From Tolypothrix carrinoi HA7290-LM1 (GTDB lineage Bacteria > Cyanobacteriota > Cyanobacteriia > Cyanobacteriales > Nostocaceae), in NCBI GenBank assembly GCA_019358935.1, contig JAHHIK010000132.1, positions 1 to 21,355 of the forward strand: a stretch of 21,355 nucleotides of DNA. The letters are read 5' to 3'. Under the pieces are notes generated by a model that had not been told where the DNA came from, ran no database searches, and saw nothing but the letters and a program-made list of their open reading frames with translations. Of this stretch, positions 1 through 10,493 are shown in pieces; within the stretch, counting starts at the first letter, position 1, and the number at the start of each line of letters is the position of its first letter. Made by a program: the position numbers and the translations under genes.

Positions 1-117
1 TCAATTTGTATAGTGCGTAAGTCCTAACAGGAATCTGCTTTTGCCGTAAAACCCAACGTCTTCTGCAACAATGGGTTTGCCAACCTTTCAAATGTTAAGA
101 AATATTTCGCCAACAGC

Positions 118-591
118 ATCCGTAACTGGTCAGAAAGCGAACGCACTCTCGCATCTGAAGTCATTCGTTCTGTATTATCAGAATACGGTTTAGGCTGGGA
201 ACCAAACGGTGCAGATCGAGATGTCTTGCAAGTCGAAGAATCCTACTTAGCAACAGGTGGTGAATTTTGGGTAATTGAACACCAAAATAAAATAGTAGGT
301 ACTGCCGCATACTACCCCATACATCGTGGGGAAAAAGCCGTAGAAATCAGGAAAATGTATCTTTTACCCAGCGCGAGGGGTTTAGGATTGGGGAAATATT
401 TGTTACAACAGTTAGAAATAGCGATCGCTTCTCGTGGTTTCCAGCAAATTTGGATTGAAACCGCCAGCGTGTTAGCAGAAGCCGTCAAACTGTATGAAAG
501 CAGTGGCTACAAAGAAGCAACAGGTGTAGAAACAACAAGATGCGATCGCGTCTACTTCAAAGAGTTAGGAGTTAAAAGTGATGAGTTATGA
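118..591 (+). CDS. GNAT family N-acetyltransferase, apparently 5'-truncated (possible pseudogene)
   Basis: GNAT motif A (EIRKMYLLPSARGLGLGKYLL) and C-terminal AVKLYESSGY. The protein-like frame extends upstream of the TTG at 226 to IRNWSESERTLASEVIRSVLSEYGLGWEP at 118, but there is no ATG before the in-frame TAA at 25-27. Confidence 0.8.
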   Translation: MRNWSESERTLASEVIRSVLSEYGLGWEPNGADRDVLQVEESYLATGGEFWVIEHQNKIVGTAAYYPIHRGEKAVEIRKMYLLPSARGLGLGKYLLQQLEIAIASRGFQQIWIETASVLAEAVKLYESSGYKEATGVETTRCDRVYFKELGVKSDEL

Positions 592-645
592 ATTCGTAAC
601 TGGGCGCCTCCTAACTCCTAACTTTGCTTTTCCTAACTCCTAACT
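560..645. repeat. STRR-type heptamer repeats (GAGTTAG / CTAACTC) in inverted arrangement
   Basis: aaagagttaggagtta at the GNAT 3' end is complementary to the taactcctaacttt copies downstream. Confidence 0.75.
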
Positions 646-651
646 TTGAAA

Positions 652-1326
652 ATGCCAACCTGGACTAAAAATCTTAAAGGCTTACTCAACCTTTTTCTTG
701 AATCTAATTGTCCTCTGTGCCAGCGCCAAACATCTCAAGAATTTTGTCAATACTGTGTTAAACAGTTACATAGCTGTCACTTAGCCAATCCTAATAGCCG
801 TTGGCAAGAATCAATACCAGTGTTTGCCTGGGGGATGTATAGCGGTTCTTTAAAAAGAGCGATCGCCGCCATGAAATACGAAAATCAACCCCAAATCGCT
901 CGCCCTTTGGGACAATGGTTAGGAGAAGCCTGGTTAAATTTGCCACAAACAAATCGACGCTTAATAGTTGTTCCCATTCCACTTCACCCCACTAAGCAAA
1001 AAAAACGCGGTTACAACCAAGCTGCCCTCATAGCAGAAAGCTTTTGCCAAACAACTGGGTTAAAATTAAAACAAAATGGTTTGGCAAGAGTGCGAGAAAC
1101 CGAAGCACAATTTGGTTTATCTGCATCTGGGCGAGAAAAAAACTTAGCAGAAGCTTTTGCTTTAGGGAAAGAATTTTCTCAGTGTCGCCCAGATGTACCA
1201 GTGTTGTTAATTGACGACATTTACACTACTGGTGCTACTGCTAAATCTGCGATTTCAGCACTTCATCAATCTGGAACTGCCGTAGAGGGATTAGCAGCGG
1301 TTGCTACTGCTGTAAAAGAAATATAA
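652..1326 (+). CDS. comF: ComF family protein (zinc ribbon plus phosphoribosyltransferase-like domain)
   Basis: N-terminal CPLC...FCQYC, VVPIPLH...RGYNQA, and PRPP-binding VLLIDDIYTTGAT. ATG at 652. Confidence 0.92.
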   Translation: MPTWTKNLKGLLNLFLESNCPLCQRQTSQEFCQYCVKQLHSCHLANPNSRWQESIPVFAWGMYSGSLKRAIAAMKYENQPQIARPLGQWLGEAWLNLPQTNRRLIVVPIPLHPTKQKKRGYNQAALIAESFCQTTGLKLKQNGLARVRETEAQFGLSASGREKNLAEAFALGKEFSQCRPDVPVLLIDDIYTTGATAKSAISALHQSGTAVEGLAAVATAVKEI

Positions 1327-1407
1327 ACAAAGAATATGTAGGCAAGCTATGCTTGAGAAATCTATAATTGACCAGATTATACTGTTTTTGTGGGAACACT
1401 GCTGGGA

Positions 1408-1866
1408 ATGATAAGTAAAGCTTTCGGGGCAAGTATGAGGCAAGTAATAATTGTTCCTGCTACATTGCTGGCAATTGGTATAAGTACAACAGCAGCTTTT
1501 GCTCAAAATAAGTTGTATACTCCCATACCTTTACCTAATACTGCGGAAATTTCTGATACGCTTTCAGATAAAGACATTCCCACCGGTCAAGGTGGATTCG
1601 CCCGTGATTACCTTGTGAGACTGACCAAGGGGGATAATCTCGCAGTTGATCTGTCCTCTGACAGCTTTGACGGCATCATCACACTGCTAGCTCCTGACGG
1701 ATCGACAGTAGCAGAAAATGATGACGGTCCCGATGGTAGCAGTAATTCTCTGCTGTTTACCCGCGTTACAGAAACAGGAAATTACATCATTCGTGTCAGG
1801 TCTTTTGGAGAAACTGGAGTTGGCGCTTATAAACTCAAAGTGACAAAGTTGCAACCAGTTAAATAA
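1408..1866 (+). CDS. Secreted stand-alone PPC (pre-peptidase C-terminal) domain protein
   Basis: Signal peptide ending TTAAFAQ. PPC-like segment LAVDLSSDSFDGIITLLAPDGSTVAENDDG...GNYIIRVRSF...GAYKLKV. Confidence 0.82.
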   Translation: MISKAFGASMRQVIIVPATLLAIGISTTAAFAQNKLYTPIPLPNTAEISDTLSDKDIPTGQGGFARDYLVRLTKGDNLAVDLSSDSFDGIITLLAPDGSTVAENDDGPDGSSNSLLFTRVTETGNYIIRVRSFGETGVGAYKLKVTKLQPVK

Positions 1867-1896
1867 AGTTAGGAGGCGCAAAGGCGCAAAGGCGCG

Positions 1897-1925
1897 GTAC
1901 AGACGTTCCTCAGGAACGTCTGTAC
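1897..1925. repeat. Perfect palindrome of the cyanobacterial GTA(G/C)AGACG small dispersed repeat type; possible terminator between convergent genes
   Basis: gtacagacgttcct-c-aggaacgtctgtac (14-bp arms), preceded by short aggcgcaa tandem copies. Confidence 0.75.
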
Positions 1926-1957
1926 GAGGAGTTAGAAGGCGCGAAGTTAAAATTTCT

Positions 1958-2095
1958 GAATTATGAGTTATTGAGTTATGCTCCTTATTCGTAACTCCTC
2001 ATTCCTACTCGGTTCTCCTAACTTTATTCGTAACTCCTCATTCCTACTCGGTTCTTTATTCGTAACTCCTAATTCCTAACTTTTAACTCCTAACT
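1958..2095. repeat. STRR heptamer tract with a duplicated ~32-bp unit
   Basis: ttattcgtaactcctcattcctactcggttct occurs twice, plus many taactcc/gagtta heptamers overlapping the cobS stop. Confidence 0.75.
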
Positions 2096-2866
2096 TTCTA
2101 AAGCGGTCAGTACACAGAGAAATAAGGCTTCAGTCCACTCAACGACTGCACCGTATGTATCTCCTGTATGTCCGCCTAATTTGTGATTAAACCAAGCACC
2201 AGTCACAAAAGCGATCGCACTTCCTGCCAGTGTCATCCCTAAAGCGAAAAATAGACGTTTGTCTATTAAAATTTCTAAACCACTCAAACTTAGCAGCAGC
2301 AATAATCCTGGTAAGCAATCTTTATAAGAACGAATTGCTTCTTTATGAAATGCGCCTTTACCAGTTAATTTGAGGTAAGGATATTGAGCGATCGCCAAAA
2401 TTTGCCCCCAACGTCCCCACCCACAAGCAGCCATCAAAACTAGCCAGCGGTTTTGATGGATGTCTGTCAATGCGGTTGTTTTTAATAATAGCAAGGCGAT
2501 CGCTGCCATTGCCCCAAACGCACCTGTCGCACTATCTGCCATCACCGACAATCGTCGTTCTTTGTCACCTACCGCTAACCCATCAGCAGTATCCATTACT
2601 CCATCTAAATGCAGTCCTCCCGTAATCGCAATCCAAACACTAACTACCAACGCACTACGAGTTAATACTGGCATACCCAGATAATTCATCGCAGTATCAA
2701 ATAGCCCCAAAATTCCCCCAATCATCAACCCAATCCCCGGTGCAAAGCGTGCCACCTGCGAAAAGTCTAACTTGTCCAAATATGGCAAAGGTATTGTAGT
2801 ATAAAATATCACTGAAGCTGCTATTTGGGATAAACTTTTTTTCCACCATTGCTCTTCATTAGTCAT
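2090..2866 (-). CDS. cobS: Adenosylcobinamide-GDP ribazoletransferase (cobalamin synthase)
   Basis: [27 protein letters not shown] and [12 protein letters not shown] signature motifs; multi-TM protein. Confidence 0.96.
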   Translation of the reverse strand: MTNEEQWWKKSLSQIAASVIFYTTIPLPYLDKLDFSQVARFAPGIGLMIGGILGLFDTAMNYLGMPVLTRSALVVSVWIAITGGLHLDGVMDTADGLAVGDKERRLSVMADSATGAFGAMAAIALLLLKTTALTDIHQNRWLVLMAACGWGRWGQILAIAQYPYLKLTGKGAFHKEAIRSYKDCLPGLLLLLSLSGLEILIDKRLFFALGMTLAGSAIAFVTGAWFNHKLGGHTGDTYGAVVEWTEALFLCVLTALES

Positions 2867-3291
2867 ATTTATTACCTTAGTTCTTAGTCATTAATCATTA
2901 GCATTTTTACAGATGACAAATGACAAAAAATAAAGGACAAATGAAGAATGACGCTGAAAATTCCGGCACAGGGAGCAGCATCAAATTTTAAAGCTTTAAA
3001 TAAGATTTAGTAGCATACCGGAATTCTCCCAGAAAATTTTGTTATGCTTATGCCAGTGGTTAACTAGAAATGCATAGTATAAAAACAAACCTAATTACTC
3101 TTTTCCGAAGTAGCAATTTAATCAGTAGCAGTGACGTTGTACCGATTTTCAACTAATAACTTATTTCAAATTATTAGTTGTCACCCCACAAAGAAGTTGA
3201 TAATTATTTAAATGTAGGGTTTAGCTGCATCTGTTCAATTGACTGTTTAGCTGTGTTGTACTTCACCTTCGCGCACTCAAGCTATTTAATT

Positions 3292-3744
3292 ATGAGCCAC
3301 CATCTACCCGACACCAAGATACCAGCTCCGTGCATCATTAACACGGGCGTAATTGTAAATAAGCTCGATATACGACGATTGTTGACGGATTTAGGTCGCG
3401 TCCACTACATTTACACCCAAGATGGCAAATTGCAGAGCGAGGGTGACGGGGATGTAATGGAAGTCTTCGCGAATCCGCAACGGTCTACGCTGGTAGCTAA
3501 CCATGCTCTTTATTTAAATGTTTATAGCTTCGATTATTTGGAGCTCAAACAGTCTCCGCAGCAGCAAAGCTTTTTTGATTTGGTGCAGGAAGGAACCCGT
3601 TTGCGACTTATTCCTTTGTCTACCCCCTTACAAGAGCGACGCGATCGCAACTTGAATGTCAGCACCATTGAAGCCATGATGGAGCAGGTGCTATCAGCTA
3701 GGTGGGATGCGGAAATTGACGATGACAGTTCTGATTCGTTTTAA
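3292..3744 (+). CDS. Conserved cyanobacterial hypothetical protein (150 aa)
   Basis: ATG at 3292 (MSHHLPDTKIPAPCIINTG...), globular composition, acidic C-terminus. The track's upstream extension from 3178 looks like AT-rich intergenic DNA. Confidence 0.8.
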   Translation: MSHHLPDTKIPAPCIINTGVIVNKLDIRRLLTDLGRVHYIYTQDGKLQSEGDGDVMEVFANPQRSTLVANHALYLNVYSFDYLELKQSPQQQSFFDLVQEGTRLRLIPLSTPLQERRDRNLNVSTIEAMMEQVLSARWDAEIDDDSSDSF

Positions 3745-3760
3745 AGTCAACAGTCAATAG

Positions 3761-5100
<1,340 letters not shown>

Positions 5101-5187
5101 TCAACTAACAATTAACAACTGAACCAATGCGTGTTAAGATATTTCTCAATTATGAAAGCTGTGTTGGATAGGTGGATTTAAACGAAC

Positions 5188-5325
5188 ATGGAAGCTGCAC
5201 TATTATTAGCAAAATTGCCGGAAGCTTACCAAATTTTCGACCCATTGGTAGATGTTCTACCAGTCATTCCCGTTTTCTTTTTGTTGCTAGCTTTCGTTTG
5301 GCAAGCAGCCGTGGGTTTTAGGTAA
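5188..5325 (+). CDS. psbK: Photosystem II reaction center protein K
   Basis: Manual translation [45 protein letters not shown] (45 aa). Not in the ORF track. Confidence 0.98.
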
Positions 5326-5375
5326 GCTAAATATTTGGCTTTGGTGGTAACGCCCAACCATCGTTAAATTTTACG

Positions 5376-5404
5376 AGACAGGCAACATGCCTGTCTTATT
5401 TTTT
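5376..5404 (+). terminator. Intrinsic terminator after psbK
   Basis: agacaggca-aca-tgcctgtct hairpin followed by a T-rich run. Confidence 0.75.
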
Positions 5405-5522
5405 GGATAACCATCTTTGATTAAATTTATATTTATTAATATTTCGTAATATTTCTATATAATGAGTAAGATACACCAATCAAGCCAAATCAACACTCAG
5501 CCTTGAAAGCCACTAAACAGCA

Positions 5523-5819
5523 ATGGGTAACATCAAATTCGTTAAAGAGAATAAAGAAGTAATAGCAGCAAATGGTGCTAATCTGCGGCTTAAAGCCATG
5601 CAAAACAACATTGACATCTATAAATTTATTGGCAAAATGACGAATTGTGGCGGTGGTGGTAATTGCGGCACTTGTATTGTTGAGATAGTCCAAGGAATGG
5701 AAAATCTTTCACCCCGCACCGATACCGAAAAACGGATATTGAAGAAAAAGCCGGAAAATTACCGTTTAGCTTGTCAAACTATGGTTAATGGTCCAGTCAG
5801 CGTAGCCACAAAGCCTTAA
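5523..5819 (+). CDS. 2Fe-2S ferredoxin-like protein
   Basis: C-x5-C-x2-C (CGGGGNCGTC) and RLACQ motif. Confidence 0.92.
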   Translation: MGNIKFVKENKEVIAANGANLRLKAMQNNIDIYKFIGKMTNCGGGGNCGTCIVEIVQGMENLSPRTDTEKRILKKKPENYRLACQTMVNGPVSVATKP

Positions 5820-5934
5820 GATTTCGGTTCATGGGGCGTGACTAATGAACGTAAGTAAAAATTTGGGCTGACTCGGACGTGTATAATGCTATCCTAAAGT
5901 TGTTGACCGGAAATAAAAGAGAGGCTATCTTGCC

Positions 5935-6051
5935 ATGCAAGTTAATGAGTTAGGGTTCGTAGCGAGCATTTTGTTCGTACTAGTTCCCGCCGTGTTTTTA
6001 CTCATTCTTTACATCCAAACTGCCAGCCGCGAAGGTGGAAAAGATAATTAA
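5935..6051 (+). CDS. psbM: Photosystem II reaction center protein M
   Basis: Manual translation [38 protein letters not shown] (38 aa). GAGG RBS upstream and TATAAT at 5882-5887. Not in the ORF track. Confidence 0.97.
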   Translation: MQVNELGFVASILFVLVPAVFLLILYIQTASREGGKDN

Positions 6052-6067
6052 GATTTGTATAAAATAA

Positions 6068-6099
6068 AGAACCCCTGCACTTGTAGTGTGGGGGTTTCT
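6068..6099. terminator. Probable bidirectional terminator between psbM and the usp gene
   Basis: agaacccctgcact-tgt-agtgtgggggtttct hairpin flanked by A- and T-rich sequence, between convergent genes. Confidence 0.65.
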
Positions 6100-6107
6100 A
6101 TTTCTGC

Positions 6108-6959
6108 TTAAGCTTCGGTTCTGGCTAGCAATACCGGACAAGTAGCATTAACGCGAACATAGTCAGATAAAGAAGCGCCTATTAGTCTGTCTATATCTAC
6201 AAAACTCTTGGCAATTGAAGGACGGCGATCGGGCGAACCGAGTAATAATAAGTCTACGTTCAATTCTTCTGCCAAGCGACAAATTTCTTCACCGGGTTTG
6301 CCACTGCTAGTATAACAACGAGCAGGTACAGCATATCTTTGGGCTTCTGCAACTGCCGCTGCAAAAACTGGATTTTTTTCAGAACTAACTTCGGTTATTT
6401 CCGATGATTTGCCGCGTAAATCTGTATCAACATTAGCAAGAATTAACTGACCGCCGGGAATACCTTGCAATAAGAATGTCGCCAATTTTAAACAGTGTTT
6501 TGCGGCATCAGATTTATCCATCGCCACCATAATGCGCTTAATATTTTTGACATAAATGTCATCTTTTACCAGCAACATCGGGCGAGAAGATAACTGAAAA
6601 ACGTACTGACTAACTGAGTTTGATAAAATTGATTGCAGTCGCTTCAATCCGCGTGAACCCATAATTATCAAATCAGCGTCGATTTCATCGGCGACTTGAC
6701 AAACTACATCTTTGGGATCTCCTTGCCGCAAAATTGAAGAAATCTGGCTAGGATCTAAGTTTAAAGTTTGAATCGCATTAGCTAATATTCTACCACCTTC
6801 TTCCCACTTAGTTGTCATTGCTTCAGTGGTAGTTTTTCCAGGTACAACGTGCAAAACTGTAACTTTTGCCTTTTGGATGGATGGCAATTGTGTTAAAGTT
6901 TTTAACATTTCTTCAGCGTGCCCCAATCCAGAGACAGCTAGCAAAATTTTTTGGATCAT
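6108..6959 (-). CDS. Universal stress protein with tandem Usp domains
   Basis: Two Usp domains (GDPKDVVC...DLIIMGSRG...SVSQYV and GKPGEEIC...DLLLLGS). ATG at 6959 (MIQKILLAVSG). Confidence 0.93.
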   Translation of the reverse strand: MIQKILLAVSGLGHAEEMLKTLTQLPSIQKAKVTVLHVVPGKTTTEAMTTKWEEGGRILANAIQTLNLDPSQISSILRQGDPKDVVCQVADEIDADLIIMGSRGLKRLQSILSNSVSQYVFQLSSRPMLLVKDDIYVKNIKRIMVAMDKSDAAKHCLKLATFLLQGIPGGQLILANVDTDLRGKSSEITEVSSEKNPVFAAAVAEAQRYAVPARCYTSSGKPGEEICRLAEELNVDLLLLGSPDRRPSIAKSFVDIDRLIGASLSDYVRVNATCPVLLARTEA

Positions 6960-7304
6960 GTTACCTTCTGTTGTTAAGTTTGCTATGGTTTTCACCGCTT
7001 TGCTCAACAACCTAGCAAGTAAATCGGTACAAATAAACTTTTGTCATTGGATTTTAAATATATGACAAATATAAACAAGTTATATTTATTTGCACCCAGT
7101 TACTTAAATTATCAACTAGGCTCCTAAGGATTAAGCATACTTCCAATTTTGCACTCTCAAGTTAACTATTTATAATTATTTTTATTAGTTTTAATCTATG
7201 TTAATTATTCTTAATTAAAGAACGGTTAAGTATTGCAAATAAATGCTAAAAATAGTTAAAAATCTCATACGCATTGAATTAATAATAAAAACATCGTAAT
7301 TGTC

Positions 7305-7334
7305 GTAGAGACGTAGGGCGCGAAACGCCTCTAC
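7305..7334. repeat. GTAGAGACG...CGCCTCTAC small dispersed palindromic repeat
   Basis: Inverted arms typical of Nostocales SDR/REP-like elements. Confidence 0.7.
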
Positions 7335-7387
7335 AATATGTATGATTTGCCGGACATGATATAAATTAGTGTTTTATGATTAACAAA

Positions 7388-7517
7388 TATAGCGGTTCTC
7401 ATTTGCATGAAGTACACCAACTTGTGGGGTGGGTTTAAGCGTCCGCCCTAATTAGAGGACGGGCGCTTAAGCCCATCCCACACACATTTGTATTGTATTC
7501 AATTGAGTTGTGCTATA
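7388..7517. mobile_element. 130-bp MITE-like element with imperfect terminal inverted repeats and an internal REP-like hairpin
   Basis: Ends tatagcggttctcatttgcatgaagtaca and tgtattgtattcaattgagttgtgctata. Internal 25-bp GC-rich inverted arms. Confidence 0.65.
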
Positions 7518-7642
7518 TTTAGCGGCGATCGCTCTAATGTCAATGAAGTTGATATTAATTAATGTTGCGTTTTGTTCGCCTTCAGGCTGGAAGCCTGAGG
7601 CGTTGTGCGTACTAAGCCATGACTAGCGGGCTAGTTAGAAAA

Positions 7643-9745
7643 TTAAGCAGGCACTAAACCGTTATGCTTAAGTAAAGCTGCTGTACTCGGTTCGCGTCCC
7701 CGGAAGGATTTAAACACTTCCATCGGATGTTTGCTACCACCAAGCGCTAACACTGTATCGCGGTAGCGTTTACCAGTAGCTTTAATAACTTGCTCATCTT
7801 CGATGCCTGCTTCTTCAAAAGCGGCAAAAGCATCAGCACTGAGGACTTCAGCCCACTTATAGCTGTAATAACCAGCCGCATATCCACCAGCAAAGATGTG
7901 TCCAAAAGCGCATAAAAATGCGTCTTCGGGGAGTGGTGGTAAAACGGTTGTGGTTTTGGCTAGGCGATCGCGTACATCTTTGGCAGTTTCATTCCCGCCT
8001 GGACGATAGCGGTAGTGCAATTCCAAATCCAACATGCTAAAGTGCAGTTGTCTGAGCATACCACTACCACTCATGTAATTTTTTGCTGCCAACAGCTTTT
8101 GATAATAATGCTCTGGTAGCGTCTCGCCAGTTTCGTAATGCTTTGCCATCCCAAACAAAGTTGGTCTTTCATAACACCAGTTTTCCATAAACTGGCTAGG
8201 TAATTCCACCGCATCCCATTCTACATTATTAATGCCTGCCGCACTGCTGTAATCTACTTTAGTTAGCATGTGGTGCAAACCATGACCGAACTCGTGAAAC
8301 AAAGTTTCAACTTCATTAAAAGTCATCAAACTCGGCTTGCCATCAACAGGGGGAGTTTGATTGCATACCAAATAGGCTACAGGTAAACGAGTATTAGTTA
8401 CTCCCTGAGCTTTGATTTTACCACGATTGATGCAGGTATCCATCCAAGCACCGCCGCGCTTTTCTGCGGGACGGCTGTAAGCATCTAAGTAAAAGTAAGC
8501 GATCACATTACCCGTTTCATCAGCAATTTGGAAATAACGTACATCTTCATGCCATACTGGAGCTTGTCCATCGGCAGGAGTCACCGTCACGCCAAACAGC
8601 CGTTTCACCAACCCAAATAAACCATCTAGCACTTGGGGAAGCGGAAAATAAGGACGCAACTCTTCAGCCGTGAAAGCAAATTTTTCTTCTCGTTGACGTT
8701 CAGCCCAAAAGCTGATATCCCAATGCTTCAAATCATTCGCTTCTGCTGCACCCTTCTTTGCTGCAAAAGCTTTGAGTTCTTCTAAGTCTTTCACAGCAGC
8801 ATCGTAACTGGCACGACGTAATTCTTCTAAAAGCGCTTCTGCGGCTTCAACATTCGGAGCCATTTTACTGGCTAAACTCAACTCAGCAAAAGTTTTAAAG
8901 CCAAGTAAATTCGCTAGTTCTTGACGCAACTCCAAAATGCGCTCAATTAACGGGTTGTTATCCAACTCCCCAGAGGAAGCGCGAGTGATAAAGGCTTTGT
9001 AAAGCTGTTCTCGCAAATCGCGGCGGGTGCTGTGCTGCATGAAAGGACTATAACTCGGAAAGTCCAAAGTGATGCGCCAAGGTCCGTTTTCGGGTGTAGC
9101 GTTTTCTGCACCTTCAGAGCGTGCAGCTTGTGCGGCAAGACTGAGTAAACTCGGTGGTAAGCCGTCAATTTCTGCTTTAGTTGTCAAAGTTAAGCTGAAG
9201 GCTTTGGTAGCATCAAGTACATGGTTAGAAAACTTGGTGGAAAGTTCCGCTAACTCCATTTGAATGGCGTTGTAACGCTCTTTAGCTTCACCTTGTAACC
9301 CGACACCGGAAAGTTCTGCATCTCGAATTGAAGCTTCGATAATGCGCTGTTGAGCAGAATCTAAAGTTGCCCAAGTATCACTTTGTCGCAGTGTTTTAAA
9401 AGCATTGTAGATAACTTGACTTTGACCGAGTTTGTTGACAAACTGCACCACATCTGGTTGAACAGTTTCATAAGCTTCGCGCAATTCTGGGCTATTTTTC
9501 ACACCCATTAAATGGTTAACTATGCCCCAACTCCAATTTAGGCGTTCTGTTAAATGTTCTAAAGGTTCTACTAAATTGCTCCAAGTAGGTTGTATCTTAG
9601 TTTCTAAGCTGGCAAGTTCTTTGTCTAATTCTGCCAGCAGTTGCTTGAAGGCTGGGACTACCTGTTCTGGGGAAATGTCTGCGAAAGCAGGCAAGCCGTA
9701 GCCTTTGAGTAAGGGATTCTGAGAAATAGTGGCGTTTGCACTCAT
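7643..9745 (-). CDS. prlC: Oligopeptidase A (M3A metallopeptidase)
   Basis: HEFGH zinc motif, KRGGAWM, WDAVELPSQFMENW, GGYAAGYYSYKWAEVLSADAF; 700 aa. Confidence 0.95.
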   Translation of the reverse strand: MSANATISQNPLLKGYGLPAFADISPEQVVPAFKQLLAELDKELASLETKIQPTWSNLVEPLEHLTERLNWSWGIVNHLMGVKNSPELREAYETVQPDVVQFVNKLGQSQVIYNAFKTLRQSDTWATLDSAQQRIIEASIRDAELSGVGLQGEAKERYNAIQMELAELSTKFSNHVLDATKAFSLTLTTKAEIDGLPPSLLSLAAQAARSEGAENATPENGPWRITLDFPSYSPFMQHSTRRDLREQLYKAFITRASSGELDNNPLIERILELRQELANLLGFKTFAELSLASKMAPNVEAAEALLEELRRASYDAAVKDLEELKAFAAKKGAAEANDLKHWDISFWAERQREEKFAFTAEELRPYFPLPQVLDGLFGLVKRLFGVTVTPADGQAPVWHEDVRYFQIADETGNVIAYFYLDAYSRPAEKRGGAWMDTCINRGKIKAQGVTNTRLPVAYLVCNQTPPVDGKPSLMTFNEVETLFHEFGHGLHHMLTKVDYSSAAGINNVEWDAVELPSQFMENWCYERPTLFGMAKHYETGETLPEHYYQKLLAAKNYMSGSGMLRQLHFSMLDLELHYRYRPGGNETAKDVRDRLAKTTTVLPPLPEDAFLCAFGHIFAGGYAAGYYSYKWAEVLSADAFAAFEEAGIEDEQVIKATGKRYRDTVLALGGSKHPMEVFKSFRGREPSTAALLKHNGLVPA

Positions 9746-10208
9746 GGTTTTGTGTGAGTCGCTAGTTGTAATGGGCGATTTTTATTTATATATCTTCAGT
9801 CTAGTAACCCAAGTTGTTAGTTATCAACCTCCGGGTACTTCGCAGGCGAAGATTTAGGCGATCGCAAACAAAAACTTCACGACGCTCCTAAGCACAATCG
9901 TGACTAAAACTTAATAAATTGAATTAATTTAAAGTATTATGTTTTACTTATTCAATAAAAGCTGTTTTTCATTTTGCAAACAAAAAGATACTTTACGCTA
10001 CAGTATAAACCCTTAAAAAGTTATAGTATGAATTGACTTTGGGAAGATACAATTAATGCGTTAAACACAGTCTCCATATAACGTCTTATCAACTTTGGGT
10101 CAATAGGCAAATTAGTTCCTAAACTACATTTGTATTATTAGTAGTATAATTGCCAAAAGATAGTTTGCTTGCTATTACTCACATGCTACAAACCAAAAAG
10201 TCTCCGTC

Positions 10209-10427
10209 ATGTCATCTGAAAATTCAAACCGCACCGCACTCAGGGCGGCACGGGCGGTTGCAGCAGCAGTATCAGTTGCTTCTGCCCACGGTGTAAAGGT
10301 TGATGCCCGCCGTATAGTGAGTAATGCTTATTCAGTGCGGGTTGATTTACACTCTGCATCGATCCACGGGATTGTCTGGGTTTATGCGTTATTACCGGAG
10401 TTTCCTGACTGGGCAGAACATATCTAA
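10209..10427 (+). pseudogene. Probable internally deleted aminoglycoside-phosphotransferase (APH)-like gene remnant
   Basis: The N-part (ARAVAAAVSVASAHGVKV...NAYSVRVDLHSASI) resembles APH-family N-termini, and the C-part (HGIVWVYALLPEFPDWAEH) resembles their C-terminal helix. No kinase core. Recalled similarity only. Confidence 0.5.
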
Positions 10428-10493
10428 AGTCATGCTCGATGCGATAACGAGTAGAATTCATCCACGTACCTAATCAGAGGTGCTTCGTTAAGT

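Noticed and set aside
2867..3290. Cobalamin riboswitch upstream of cobS
   Set aside because: The intergenic region is AT-rich and I see no B12-box or extended conserved structure. A covariance-model search would be needed to exclude it fully.
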